The translations under genes and the position numbers were made by a program. The notes beneath the pieces were generated by a model. That model was not told the origin of the DNA. It saw nothing but the letters and a program-made list of their open reading frames with translations, and searched no databases. Below, in pieces: positions 8,088-17,545 of a DNA stretch of 29,490 nt (the stretch's first letter is position 1; each line of letters starts with the position of its first letter). Origin of the DNA: a virus (lineage: Duplodnaviria > Caudoviricetes); IMG/VR virus record IMGVR_UViG_3300043410_001082, positions 1 through 29,490 of that record; one strand, given 5' to 3'.

Positions 8088-9192
8088 GAGCGTCTGCTGT
8101 TCCGTCCTTGGCTTTCTTTACGTAAGGGCCAAGATTACTTTCTAAATACTGTAAGCCTTCCTGCCAAACATGGAAGGCTTTTGTATCTGCGTATCCGTTA
8201 TAGAACCAAGCATCAAACTCACTATACCAATCTTTAACTGCCTTGTCAGCCTGATACCAATTATTATCCCAGGTTGTGTATAACAGCCCTCGAAGTATAC
8301 GCTCGTGTATAAATCTATAACTTTCTGGGGTGAAGTTTTCTTTTGCCCACAATGTTTGATTTTCCGGAAACGCTTCTAACCAATGTTTAATAACGTGTGC
8401 TTGTTTGGTTAAAATCCTAAGGGCGTCAGGACTCCAGTAGAAGTACTCGACTGCGCTGTTTGTGTAATCTCTAATATGTTCTGCCACAGTAACCATGTTA
8501 GCAGCACGATCGTGAAATACAATATAAAGGTTTCCATTGTCGATGTATGTCCTTGGTTTTTCTAAACCTAATACTAACGCAATTCTTTTATCTTTATCAA
8601 ACTGCTTACGAATAGTATCAAAGTGTGTGTAATTAAATCGTGTGGCTCCTGCAATGTTTACCTGTTCTCGTTTTTCCATAATCCAACTAGCATCGCCTAC
8701 ATCTTCGAGCATATTGAATAAATGATCTGTTAAATCTAACACAGTGATTTTAGTTTTAGGAATTTGATGTTCAACTTCTTTTAGACGAGGTAAAGTTTGC
8801 AGTGCGTATTCAGCAGCAGCATTTTTATTCTCTTTGTTATTGGGATCTAGTACAGTAAATTTTTCTGTAGCTTTGGTCATTGTGTTAACAACGATTTCGT
8901 CAATATGTAAATTTTGTCTAATAAACGCCATTAGGATATTATGACTATCTGCGCCACCACTGTAGCTCAACATAATATAATCATACTTGTCTCGAAGTTC
9001 TCTAGCACGAGCATCATACAATTGATCCAATGTTTCTACAGGTTCTAAGGCCCAATTATTTTCTTTGAATGCACGATTGTTAAAGTTCCAAGCAACTGGT
9101 TGTTTTACTTCCAGTGAATACATAAATGCTTTGATTTTGGAATCAAAGTGTTGACCGTTACAAATATAGTAGCCTAATTTTTTATCTAACAT
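8032..9192 (-). CDS. PP-loop ATP pyrophosphatase, subtype A
   Basis: LSYSGGADSHNIL; LRDKY, G[IL]EKP and FYWSP blocks shared with 6389-7570. Confidence 0.82.
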   Translation of the reverse strand: MLDKKLGYYICNGQHFDSKIKAFMYSLEVKQPVAWNFNNRAFKENNWALEPVETLDQLYDARARELRDKYDYIMLSYSGGADSHNILMAFIRQNLHIDEIVVNTMTKATEKFTVLDPNNKENKNAAAEYALQTLPRLKEVEHQIPKTKITVLDLTDHLFNMLEDVGDASWIMEKREQVNIAGATRFNYTHFDTIRKQFDKDKRIALVLGLEKPRTYIDNGNLYIVFHDRAANMVTVAEHIRDYTNSAVEYFYWSPDALRILTKQAHVIKHWLEAFPENQTLWAKENFTPESYRFIHERILRGLLYTTWDNNWYQADKAVKDWYSEFDAWFYNGYADTKAFHVWQEGLQYLESNLGPYVKKAKDGTADALISLSQTYLVGPIRTYPK

Positions 9193-9208
9193 AATTATTT
9201 CCGTACCG

Positions 9209-9227
9209 TATTTATAGGCGTTAAATA
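9209..9227. promoter_or_regulatory. Divergent (TA)TAAATA pair
   Basis: Minus-strand TATAAATA 9209-9216 (exact T4 late consensus) and plus-strand TAAATA 9222-9227. Confidence 0.65.
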
Positions 9228-9253
9228 CGTGTCATTAATTATAAGGATACGGA

Positions 9254-10168
9254 ATGATTCACGGATTTGAAAATGGCAAGTGGTATATTGATTACAAAAC
9301 TTGTACACGCCCTGTCGGCAATATGCGACAAGAATCAGATAAACGAGCTGTAGACATTGCAAACTCCAGTGATAAGATAATGATTAGTTTAAGTTCCGGC
9401 ATTGATAGTCAAAGTGTCCTACATAGTTTTGTTACGCAAGACATCCCTGTTGAAACAGCGTTTTTGTATCTACCCGGATACAACGACAACGAATATAACA
9501 ATTTAAAAATCATCGACAAGAAGTATGGTATCAAAACTCACATTGTCGATTTTGATCCGTATGATTATCAAGAAGATCTAGAAGCCGAAGCGGCAGCTAC
9601 AGGCATTCAGGTAAATTCTATAATTCAAAAGAAGTTTTTAAGTTTACTCCCAGACGATTACGATTTTGTTTCAATAACTCACGACCCGTATGTTGTGATC
9701 TCTATCAAAGAACGAGCCTCATATTGGTTTATGGGATACAACACTCCCGAAATTGCAAGACAACGAGCATTTGAATTATTGCCTCGCAAAGGTAAGTTTC
9801 ATTTTTACGGAGACACCAGCGAATTCCTTGCGAGCATACTAGACGAAGAAATCTTGCACTCTTGTATGTACTCCTGGCCTTACTTTGCATTCAACGGTCT
9901 AAGTAAAGAAGGTGTACAATTGCAAACTGTGGATAGGTGGGATTATTATATCAAGCCTTTAATATACGGTAAGTATTGGAGAGACGAACTAATCTATTTT
10001 CCTAAGTATGCAGGATTTGAAAAAGTGCCGTTTCTGAAAGCACCGCTAGATTATAATAAACATGCGATGAAGACCCCTTTCAGAGATTTTATTAAGTTTT
10101 TAAAATCTTATACAGGCGAAACACGCAGATTCTATGAAAATATCTCTTATACAGAAGAGAACAAGTAA
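9254..10168 (+). CDS. PP-loop ATP pyrophosphatase, subtype B
   Basis: ISLSSGIDSQ variant PP-loop; C-terminal KYAGFE echoes KTHGFE of 16029-16946. Confidence 0.72.
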   Translation: MIHGFENGKWYIDYKTCTRPVGNMRQESDKRAVDIANSSDKIMISLSSGIDSQSVLHSFVTQDIPVETAFLYLPGYNDNEYNNLKIIDKKYGIKTHIVDFDPYDYQEDLEAEAAATGIQVNSIIQKKFLSLLPDDYDFVSITHDPYVVISIKERASYWFMGYNTPEIARQRAFELLPRKGKFHFYGDTSEFLASILDEEILHSCMYSWPYFAFNGLSKEGVQLQTVDRWDYYIKPLIYGKYWRDELIYFPKYAGFEKVPFLKAPLDYNKHAMKTPFRDFIKFLKSYTGETRRFYENISYTEENK

Positions 10169-10968
10169 TTTCTAAAATGTTGTTTTGCTGGTTCTAGATA
10201 GTCGTTATTGAATTCAGTTAACAGTTCTGCCTGAGCTTTATCTTGCCCCCAGGCAGTTTCCCATATCCTACTATTGGTTTCCCACAATTCATATACGAAC
10301 GCTGGGTCTCGATATTTGTAAACAACAACGTCACTAGAACCATTTCCTAAGTCGTTTGCAACAGTAATGAACAAAGCCCCTTCTTGCCATTCTATCATAG
10401 TATTTGGATACACAGCAAGCCAGGCTGCGCCGTAACCAGTAGGACCAGGGACTAGTTGTAAACTACCCCAATCATAATAATGCCAATCAACTTCACGAAT
10501 GTCTGGCATGCCAAGCTCGTCATACACACCTGCGTGAACTAGTTCAATATGATCTACGTCAAGAAATAAATCCATTATGTTATTGGCAGATGCTTTAACA
10601 TGATCAACTCTGGTTTCCACTAAACGCATATTTTTAGTATTAATAAAGTTTGCTTCCGGAACTGAGATAGGTTTTGTGAATAACAAATTATTCCATTCAT
10701 ACACCGGTTCATTGGTTAGACCCTTGGTATTTTTACAAGCTGTTAGTCCCGAACCTAGTGGGTTTCCGTTTATATCAAAACTCCAACCGTGGTAGGGACA
10801 TACCCTAGCGCCAGTTCCTTTCTCAACACTTAGTAAACTCTTCTGGTGCGGACAAACGTTAGAAATGATTTGTAGCGAGTCAGAATTCGCAAGAACTTTT
10901 TTGTTATTAAACTGCTTCAATGGTACATATTCGTTCTCTCGAATATCACTTACATGACCTACAAACAT
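10147..10968 (-). CDS. Compact Rieske non-heme iron oxygenase alpha subunit
   Basis: CPH...CPYHGW [2Fe-2S] ligands; DVDHIELVH (DxxHxxxxH) and a distal QD for the mononuclear Fe site. Confidence 0.9.
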   Translation of the reverse strand: MFVGHVSDIRENEYVPLKQFNNKKVLANSDSLQIISNVCPHQKSLLSVEKGTGARVCPYHGWSFDINGNPLGSGLTACKNTKGLTNEPVYEWNNLLFTKPISVPEANFINTKNMRLVETRVDHVKASANNIMDLFLDVDHIELVHAGVYDELGMPDIREVDWHYYDWGSLQLVPGPTGYGAAWLAVYPNTMIEWQEGALFITVANDLGNGSSDVVVYKYRDPAFVYELWETNSRIWETAWGQDKAQAELLTEFNNDYLEPAKQHFRNYLFSSV

Positions 10969-11861
10969 TATTTTAAATCCTTTATTAAATCGTTTATTAT
11001 ATCTTTTACTGGACGAATTTCTTTAATATTATTAAGAGCCCGCCCGGCAAATAAAATACCTGTGTCTGGACTTTTTATACCTTGTACCAATGAACCTGTA
11101 TTGTTGTGATCGTCTTCTGCTATAGGTTTAAAGATTAGCGCATTTTGATTTGCTTTTCCAAATCGTACAACATCAGCATATGTAGACTCTATCATTTTTT
11201 GTTTGCTTTCGTTGCTAATAGGGCTTTCTTCTGCTGCTGCAATTAAAGTTCCAACAGCAACAGCAATGCACCCAAGGTCCAAGTATTTCATAACATCTGC
11301 TGAAGTAGAAATACCACCACTCATAACAACAGGCAATCCTACATATTTTTCCTGTACCTTTTTTAATTCGTCGTCGATGCTTAAATGATCTATGCCCCGC
11401 CCGGCACCTGCATTGCTTTTTAAAATTACACCATCTATTAACAGGTCAGCGTTTCTAGATGTCAACGCCTTAAGAAAAATTTTAATGCCGGATTCCTGTA
11501 ACGACTGTATTTCGTTTTTAAAGAACTCCCAGACTTCGCCGTTAACAATTGTTTTATCGTCTATAATTTCTAATAGTTCTATCTGATTATCTAAAAGAAT
11601 TTTTTGAACATTCTTGTTAAACATATCAGAAGTTAATACACTTACTAGAATCTTGTTTGATCCTGTTTGATTTTTAAATTCTTTTAGTGCAGCATCAAAC
11701 AAATCTAACCGCAGTCTGTCTATTACAAAGTACGTGTATAGTGACAAGCTAGGTAAGATTCCTGCGTTATGACAGGCTATTGCTAATTTTAAATCAGACA
11801 CCTTATTCATTGGTGCTGCAATAATCGGATAACGTGAACCGAATAGGTCTGTGTAGTTCAT
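10968..11861 (-). CDS. Nitronate monooxygenase / FabK-like FMN TIM-barrel oxidoreductase
   Basis: PIIAAPM, AG, SGGI, GCIAVAVGT and EES motifs. Start placed at ATG 11861, 5 nt after TAAATA. TAATG-coupled to the Rieske gene. Confidence 0.85.
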   Translation of the reverse strand: MNYTDLFGSRYPIIAAPMNKVSDLKLAIACHNAGILPSLSLYTYFVIDRLRLDLFDAALKEFKNQTGSNKILVSVLTSDMFNKNVQKILLDNQIELLEIIDDKTIVNGEVWEFFKNEIQSLQESGIKIFLKALTSRNADLLIDGVILKSNAGAGRGIDHLSIDDELKKVQEKYVGLPVVMSGGISTSADVMKYLDLGCIAVAVGTLIAAAEESPISNESKQKMIESTYADVVRFGKANQNALIFKPIAEDDHNNTGSLVQGIKSPDTGILFAGRALNNIKEIRPVKDIINDLIKDLK

Positions 11862-11866
11862 ACTAT

Positions 11867-11898
11867 TATTTATTGCTGGCATTTTTACACAATAAATA
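11867..11898. promoter_or_regulatory. Divergent TAAATA pair
   Basis: Minus strand 11867-11872 and plus strand 11893-11898, each 5-7 nt from a start codon. Confidence 0.65.
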
Positions 11899-11905
11899 TC
11901 AGGCC

Positions 11906-12349
11906 ATGATCACATTTAAAACTCAAAAAGGAATTGAAGTAGTATTGACACACGAGCCTTGTACTGAAGAAAACGAATATTTTGTTAAGAAATTAACAGA
12001 ACTCAATTCTGCAAACCACGGTAGGTCTATAAAAAATTCATTGCCTGATGTACACGGAGTAATATGGGCCAAAATAAACAACGAGGTTGTTGGGGCATTA
12101 TTCTACGACCTAGAACGATCTAAAGACAGTAGTGGGGTTTGGGTAGTGTTGGCATATGTAGATACAGAATTTCGCCAGCAAGGAATTTACAAAGAACTGC
12201 ATAATTTCTTATCCTCTATAACTAAAGATTTAGGACGCAATCGTGTTGTTACCTGGATGAATGTTAACAATCAAAAAATGTTTCAAATCGGAAAATCAGT
12301 AGGATACAAAGGAGTTATGGTTATTATGGAACGAAGATTAGATGACTAG
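11906..12349 (+). CDS. GNAT family N-acyltransferase
   Basis: YVDTEFRQQGIY motif A and N..M......GY motif B. Start moved to the in-frame ATG at 11906. Confidence 0.85.
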   Translation: MITFKTQKGIEVVLTHEPCTEENEYFVKKLTELNSANHGRSIKNSLPDVHGVIWAKINNEVVGALFYDLERSKDSSGVWVVLAYVDTEFRQQGIYKELHNFLSSITKDLGRNRVVTWMNVNNQKMFQIGKSVGYKGVMVIMERRLDD

Positions 12350-12839
12350 TAATTACTTTTATCAGATAGACGAGCCTTACACAAATATCAAATCGGTCAA
12401 ACAGTCTATTTCTAATGCTAGCTGGCAATGGATTCCGTACATGACTGTTGCTGATAACTTTTTTGAAAGTTTGTCGTTCGATCCGTTCATTAAAGAAATA
12501 GCAACACAGTTTGGCGGGCATTTAAAATTATATAAAGTTCCATCTAATTACGTTTATCATTGGCACAAAGATGCCAATATTGGATGTTCCTTAAACATGG
12601 TTCTAGAAGAATATAATTCTCATACCTTGTTTATTCATCCAGAAAGAGATAACAAATATGTAGAGCCCTTTGTTGAATTAAAGTATAAACCCGAAACCTG
12701 GTATATTTTTAATTCACAGGAGCGTCATACTGTTATAAATCTCGATAAACGAGACCGAATTTTGTTTACACTGATAATGCCCAAGCAAACAAATTATCAC
12801 GATGTTGTAGCCTGGTATAAAGAATACTCAAAAAAATAG
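12342..12839 (+). CDS. Small Fe(II)/2OG-type oxygenase (cupin)
   Basis: WHKD...SLN...FNSQERHTVIN....R. Confidence 0.78.
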   Translation: MTSNYFYQIDEPYTNIKSVKQSISNASWQWIPYMTVADNFFESLSFDPFIKEIATQFGGHLKLYKVPSNYVYHWHKDANIGCSLNMVLEEYNSHTLFIHPERDNKYVEPFVELKYKPETWYIFNSQERHTVINLDKRDRILFTLIMPKQTNYHDVVAWYKEYSKK

Positions 12840-12859
12840 GACCCAGAGGTCCTATTTTT
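12830..12859. terminator. Bidirectional intrinsic terminator
   Basis: A7-TAGGACC-CAGA-GGTCCTA-T5 between convergent genes. Confidence 0.88.
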
Positions 12860-12872
12860 ATATCTGTTCCTA

Positions 12873-13829
12873 TTAAGATACTGCGTATGCAGGAACAACG
12901 TAGCTTACACCGTTTACTTTAATATTAAAGTATTTTGTAGGTGTTGCTGGAAGAGCACTTGCTCCGCCTGCTGCACCAACAGTTGTTTGTTCAGCAACAA
13001 CAAAATCCACAGTACCGGTACCGTTTGGATCTAATTCAATATCTGCGTTAGAAACAATAGTTGAAATTTTATTGTTATCGATAGTGATAGTGTTGTTGGT
13101 AATACCATAAAGTGCTTTTAACAAACCTGTAGAATCAATAGTTACTCTAACTATAGATGTGCCTGCTCCGTTGTTAGTTGCAAAGTCAATTTTAGACTTC
13201 ATGCTAGTGTTACTAACAGCGGCATCGTCAACAGTACAAGTTATCCTACCACCGATTAAATATTGACTGTCGGCGTATCCTACAAAAGTTAATTCGGATA
13301 ATTCGTCTCCGTTGGAAACTTTTGTTGGGGTTTGGATCGTTCCTCTTGCTCTAGAAAATGCAACGTTTCTCGCATCGACAGTTTCGTGTGCCTGTGTTAC
13401 AGAGAACAAGTTAGTAGTATTACTGTAAACGTTGCTAAGGATATTAATAGAGCTAAATTGGCTCACACCTGAAGTAGCATCAACGTTTCCGTAGTACATG
13501 TTTGTAGTATGGTCTAACAACAAAACATCCAAGCTGTCGTATAAGGATCCTTTAACATCAGCTACAATTGTTGCAGGTAACGCTGCACTTAGGGCTCTAG
13601 TTGTTGGGTTGTAGGTAAACGATATGTTAGTATGCGTACCATCTGCAATAGACTCAGCAGCAGCATCTTTAGCTTCTTCGTTAGAATATGACGTGGCAAC
13701 TACACCACCTGCATCTGTACCGTTACCAATGTGGAGGCTTCCGGTTTGTGTATTGTAAATAATCTCGCCCACTAATGGCGTGATAGAGTTGATTTCAGCG
13801 GTATTGCCTCTGCGAATCTGTAAGGGCAT
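12873..13829 (-). CDS. Putative virion fibre/structural protein with Mtd_N-like N-terminus
   Basis: LQIRRG....P..GE..Y.T.T..L.IG.G N-terminal motif; T/S/G/A/N-rich beta body; GGAG Shine-Dalgarno. Confidence 0.75.
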   Translation of the reverse strand: MPLQIRRGNTAEINSITPLVGEIIYNTQTGSLHIGNGTDAGGVVATSYSNEEAKDAAAESIADGTHTNISFTYNPTTRALSAALPATIVADVKGSLYDSLDVLLLDHTTNMYYGNVDATSGVSQFSSINILSNVYSNTTNLFSVTQAHETVDARNVAFSRARGTIQTPTKVSNGDELSELTFVGYADSQYLIGGRITCTVDDAAVSNTSMKSKIDFATNNGAGTSIVRVTIDSTGLLKALYGITNNTITIDNNKISTIVSNADIELDPNGTGTVDFVVAEQTTVGAAGGASALPATPTKYFNIKVNGVSYVVPAYAVS

Positions 13830-13860
13830 AGTAAAACTCCAAGGTTTCTAATTAATGTAG

Positions 13861-13920
13861 TATTTATCCTGGTGCCAATATATCTAAATCCTTAAAAATA
13901 GTTAACTGGTCAGTTAAATA
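13861..13920. promoter_or_regulatory. Divergent TAAATA pair
   Basis: Minus strand 13861-13866 (fibre gene) and plus strand 13915-13920 (4 nt before ATG 13925). Confidence 0.6.
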
Positions 13921-13924
13921 CAAT

Positions 13925-14464
13925 ATGACCAATAATTTTGTGTATAAGGTGATAGATATCCCAGAGCTTGATGCTATTCATAATGAAGTTAGGAGTTATG
14001 CCCTATCGCAGATTCCTAATTATACAGAAGCATTTAATCTGGTAAATTTACCAGAAATGATGAATGCTTGTCCTAAAACATTTGAATGGATGTTGAATGC
14101 TGGATTAATGCCTAGGGTTTGCGCTCTTATAATACAGCCGCCCGGTGCTGATCTACGAGGAACGCACACAGATACACAAGTAAACGATCTTGCATTAAAC
14201 TTTAGTATTAAAAATACCAAAAATACTTATACAGGATTTTACAAAGTTGTAAGCGGAGAAGTCATTAGAAAGACGTTGCCTAACGGTGTAGAATGGGACA
14301 ATTTTGAACAGGCAGAATTAGAAGAAATTGCAAGAATTGATTTAGAAAAGCCCACTATTATCAATACCAAAGTTCCACATGCAGTCCATAACCCAACACT
14401 AAATCCTAGAATATCTATAAGTTTTAGGTTTGTTAAAGATCCGTATCACTTAGTTAGTGCCTGA
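13925..14464 (+). CDS. Small Fe(II)/2OG-type oxygenase
   Basis: HTD...ALNF...PTIINTKVPHAVHN....RISISFRF. Confidence 0.8.
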   Translation: MTNNFVYKVIDIPELDAIHNEVRSYALSQIPNYTEAFNLVNLPEMMNACPKTFEWMLNAGLMPRVCALIIQPPGADLRGTHTDTQVNDLALNFSIKNTKNTYTGFYKVVSGEVIRKTLPNGVEWDNFEQAELEEIARIDLEKPTIINTKVPHAVHNPTLNPRISISFRFVKDPYHLVSA

Positions 14465-15033
14465 TCTAATATAGATTTTACTGAAAGGTAATCCGGATTG
14501 TCTAGGAATCTCACGCTTAACACGTGACGCCATTTGGTATTAGCTAGGTTGTTTACTCGATGCCATTCGTTTGTGTTAACCAATGTTGGGTTTTCTAGTA
14601 ATATTCTTGCTGTGCTTGATAATAATGTTGCTTCACTTCTGTCTTTAAGCAAACGAATAGATGTGTGTTCTAATTCTAATAAGCGTCCTTCTACAGGACC
14701 ATCCAACCATTCCATTATTCCCTGATCGGTGTTAGCTATTGGCACGTTGAAAGCACATAACCTGTCCGATCCATCTTTATGAATAGAACCAACAGCTCCT
14801 GGTTCTGCTGAAAATAACTGAACGTGACTAATTCTAACCTGAAACAAATCTTTAATCCATTGAGGTAATTCATGTCCTAAAACACGATTAACAATGTTGT
14901 GTCGCTCTCGCGTTAGTTTTGATACTTCTAAAGCCTTGTTTTCGTTTACAAGATGTGAACCCCATTCCTGAAGTTTTCGAAACGTATCACTCCATTCATA
15001 GGTTGTATATAAATGAGGTGTTAAGGTTTCCAT
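14446..15033 (-). CDS. Small Fe(II)/2OG-type oxygenase
   Basis: IHKDG...AFNVP...PTLVNTNEWHRVNN.....WRHVLSVRF. Confidence 0.8.
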   Translation of the reverse strand: METLTPHLYTTYEWSDTFRKLQEWGSHLVNENKALEVSKLTRERHNIVNRVLGHELPQWIKDLFQVRISHVQLFSAEPGAVGSIHKDGSDRLCAFNVPIANTDQGIMEWLDGPVEGRLLELEHTSIRLLKDRSEATLLSSTARILLENPTLVNTNEWHRVNNLANTKWRHVLSVRFLDNPDYLSVKSILDQALTK

Positions 15034-15743
15034 AGTAAAGCATATTCCTTGTATTTTTCAGCAGAGTCTAGAATTAGCTGTCTAGTTTTTTGTTTTACAC
15101 GTTCCATTCCGGCAGCATTGGGCTGCAAGAAGCAAGCAATTCTAGGAGAGTACTTTGTGATAAATGGACTATGAATGGCCCTGACATTGTTTACGTAGAA
15201 GCCGCATCTTGGGGTGGGCAACTTTCCTATTAAAACTTCATCTCTGAATATGTGATTTTTAAAATTTAGATCCTTGGAAATAAATGCTTTCATTTCTTCA
15301 GTTCTAGATGTATGAGGTAAAACAGTTTGTCTTAACAACAATGGATTTTCGTCACCTGCATCGTTTCTAAGATAAAATCTTAATCCCGATTCGTCGTTAT
15401 CTGCATGCCAGAATCCTAGTCCAGTAACATTTGGACGCATAGGTAACAATGTAATTGAATTTAGATCCTCTGGATCTAATCCGTATGCTTCGCTCATGTA
15501 CCTTGCTAATTCTGGGAATCGAAATTCAAACCCATCGCGCCACCCAACTTGTCCAAATTTAACAAATGCTAAATCCCAGGGATATTGATCTCCGAATGTT
15601 GCCTGCGTTCTTTTTGATCCAGGGACTTCGTTTAAGATGGACTGCGGATAAATGTCTTTCATCCATTGTTCAACTGCTCCAACATCAATATCTGGGACAG
15701 GAGGAATGTCTAGGGGTGTGTATAAAATGTCAATTGGTTCCAT
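15021..15743 (-). CDS. Divergent Fe(II)/2OG-type oxygenase
   Basis: FWHAD...FYVNNVRAIH........R; ATG at 15743. Confidence 0.68.
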   Translation of the reverse strand: MEPIDILYTPLDIPPVPDIDVGAVEQWMKDIYPQSILNEVPGSKRTQATFGDQYPWDLAFVKFGQVGWRDGFEFRFPELARYMSEAYGLDPEDLNSITLLPMRPNVTGLGFWHADNDESGLRFYLRNDAGDENPLLLRQTVLPHTSRTEEMKAFISKDLNFKNHIFRDEVLIGKLPTPRCGFYVNNVRAIHSPFITKYSPRIACFLQPNAAGMERVKQKTRQLILDSAEKYKEYALLWKP

Positions 15744-15780
15744 CAATATTACCGAGAAAAGTTATCTAGTCTGATAATTA

Positions 15781-15792
15781 TATTTATAAACA
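15781..15792. promoter_or_regulatory. Overlapping divergent late-like motifs
   Basis: Minus-strand TATAAATA 15781-15788 and plus-strand TATAAACA 15785-15792 (one mismatch). Confidence 0.5.
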
Positions 15793-15807
15793 CGCACGAG
15801 GCACAAA

Positions 15808-16032
15808 ATGAATATAGAAGACAAGCTAAATTGGCTCAAACAAACTCTAATAACTGAGTTTGGAAAGGAACCGTCTGACATAACCCCTGCCACTCTAATA
15901 GATGATCTAGACATAGACTCTCTGGATTTAGTCGAACTTCAAATGAAGTATGAAGATGACATTAAAGTAGAAGTACCAACAGTCGACTATGAACTAGTTA
16001 CCGTTGAAGATTTATTGAAGTTACTGCCTTGA
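15808..16032 (+). CDS. Acyl carrier protein
   Basis: 74 aa, acidic; DLDIDSLDLVEL phosphopantetheine motif; C-terminal TVEDL. Confidence 0.92.
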   Translation: MNIEDKLNWLKQTLITEFGKEPSDITPATLIDDLDIDSLDLVELQMKYEDDIKVEVPTVDYELVTVEDLLKLLP

Positions 16033-16946
16033 CAAATTACACGCTGAATAATCATCTACAATATTCAATAGGTGGTAGAGAATTTGGATATCGAGAACAG
16101 CCCTGGGAACCATACAAAGTTACAATGGGTGCTGTCGATCCAGACATTTATAGAACCAGTAGCTGGCGTGAAGAGTTAAAGCGTACAGCCGATTCAGTAC
16201 ACAAAGAATTCGGTAAAGACCTAGTGGTATTCTTGTCCGGTGGTACTGATAGCGAGATTGTTGTTAGAAATTTTTTAGAAATTGGTGTAAAGCCTAAATG
16301 CGCCATTATTAAATTCGATGGCAATTATAACGATTACGATGTTTTAGAAGCTCAGAAGATTGCCGTTGAACTTGATTTAGACTTAGAAGTTCTAAACTTT
16401 GATGTTATAGATTTTCACATGTCTGGACAGGCAAAAGAATTCGGCGCCACAATTCAATGTCCGCAAGTTACATACCTAACAGTATACCATAATATATTAA
16501 AGTTAGGTGCGCCGGCGGTAATGGGAGGGGAACTTCTCATTTCTAAGAAGATTAAAAAAAATCCCGAATGGTATTATACCTTCCGTGAGTTAGAAGATGC
16601 TAGTGCTATGAGGTTTAGCAAACTCTACAACCTTCCGTTAGTTAACGAGTGGTTCAGTTACACTCCGGAAATGGTATTGTATTACCTAGAACATCCAACG
16701 ATACAAGACTTAGTCAACAATAAGATTGAATACAAGTTGTCGTCTGTTAGTTCTAAGAATAGAATCCTTCAGGGACTGTATCCAGATACTAGACGTAAGT
16801 TAAAAACACACGGGTTTGAAAGACTAAGAGCATTCAACTTTGAAAGCTATCACGAAATTTGGAGAGGCTTTGTCAAGAGAACAGAGTCCACTATTGATGG
16901 TATCATAATCGACGATGCACTAAAACAGTTAAGAAGCAAACTATGA
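16029..16946 (+). CDS. PP-loop ATP pyrophosphatase, subtype B
   Basis: VFLSGGTDSE; TTG start overlapping the ACP stop (TTGA). Confidence 0.8.
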   Translation: MTNYTLNNHLQYSIGGREFGYREQPWEPYKVTMGAVDPDIYRTSSWREELKRTADSVHKEFGKDLVVFLSGGTDSEIVVRNFLEIGVKPKCAIIKFDGNYNDYDVLEAQKIAVELDLDLEVLNFDVIDFHMSGQAKEFGATIQCPQVTYLTVYHNILKLGAPAVMGGELLISKKIKKNPEWYYTFRELEDASAMRFSKLYNLPLVNEWFSYTPEMVLYYLEHPTIQDLVNNKIEYKLSSVSSKNRILQGLYPDTRRKLKTHGFERLRAFNFESYHEIWRGFVKRTESTIDGIIIDDALKQLRSKL

Positions 16947-17545
16947 GAGTAGAACAATTAACCAGCGAGCATAAAGAAGCAATCAAACCCTTGTTTGGTG
17001 TTAAAAAATGGATGGGCGTATCCCACGAAGACAATGCGTTCATCAGCAGTTCCTACGACTTTGAAAACACCTATTATGTAAACTTTTGTAACACGTATCT
17101 CTCGGGTCTAAACTCCTATCACGCATTCGGGGCATTTAATGACCAGGGAGAAGTAATAGGGTTTATTGGATTCTACGAATCATCTGACAATGCCGAATGG
17201 TATTGGACACACGTTTTAACTAAAGATGCTGCCGGAAAGAAAGTCATACCTGCTATCTTAGATGAGGTCATAGATTATAACGAGAAAAATGGTAGATTAA
17301 AATTCTACTCTATGTGGAACGCTAAATACGCCAGGGTATATAGACGACTAGCATTTAGCGAAAAGAACAATGAACGTTACGACTCGTTCGATGAATATCT
17401 AGTCCCAGCTAAACACAGAGTTCTTTACACAATGCCTTGGATGGTATTGTATGGCAGAATTTTATTACCTGTAGATTCGTTAGTTAGATGTACATTTTTA
17501 AAACAAAAGTATAGAGAAAACATTTTGATTGCAGGAAAGACATGA
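16943..17545 (+). CDS. Putative GNAT-fold acyltransferase
   Basis: FGAF...GEVIGF hairpin followed by a strand-helix pattern; degenerate motif A; 4-nt overlaps with both neighbours. Confidence 0.55.
   Translation: MRVEQLTSEHKEAIKPLFGVKKWMGVSHEDNAFISSSYDFENTYYVNFCNTYLSGLNSYHAFGAFNDQGEVIGFIGFYESSDNAEWYWTHVLTKDAAGKKVIPAILDEVIDYNEKNGRLKFYSMWNAKYARVYRRLAFSEKNNERYDSFDEYLVPAKHRVLYTMPWMVLYGRILLPVDSLVRCTFLKQKYRENILIAGKT

Noticed and set aside
12873-13829. Diversity-generating retroelement target because of the Mtd_N-like domain
   Set aside because: No reverse transcriptase or template/variable repeat pair seen in the window.
6389-16946. PP-loop proteins as QueC (7-deazaguanine DNA modification) or TtcA/MnmA tRNA thiolases
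   Set aside because: The characteristic Cys motifs are missing and no queD/queE/folE/dpdA-like genes are visible. Nucleic-acid modification is not excluded but is unsupported.
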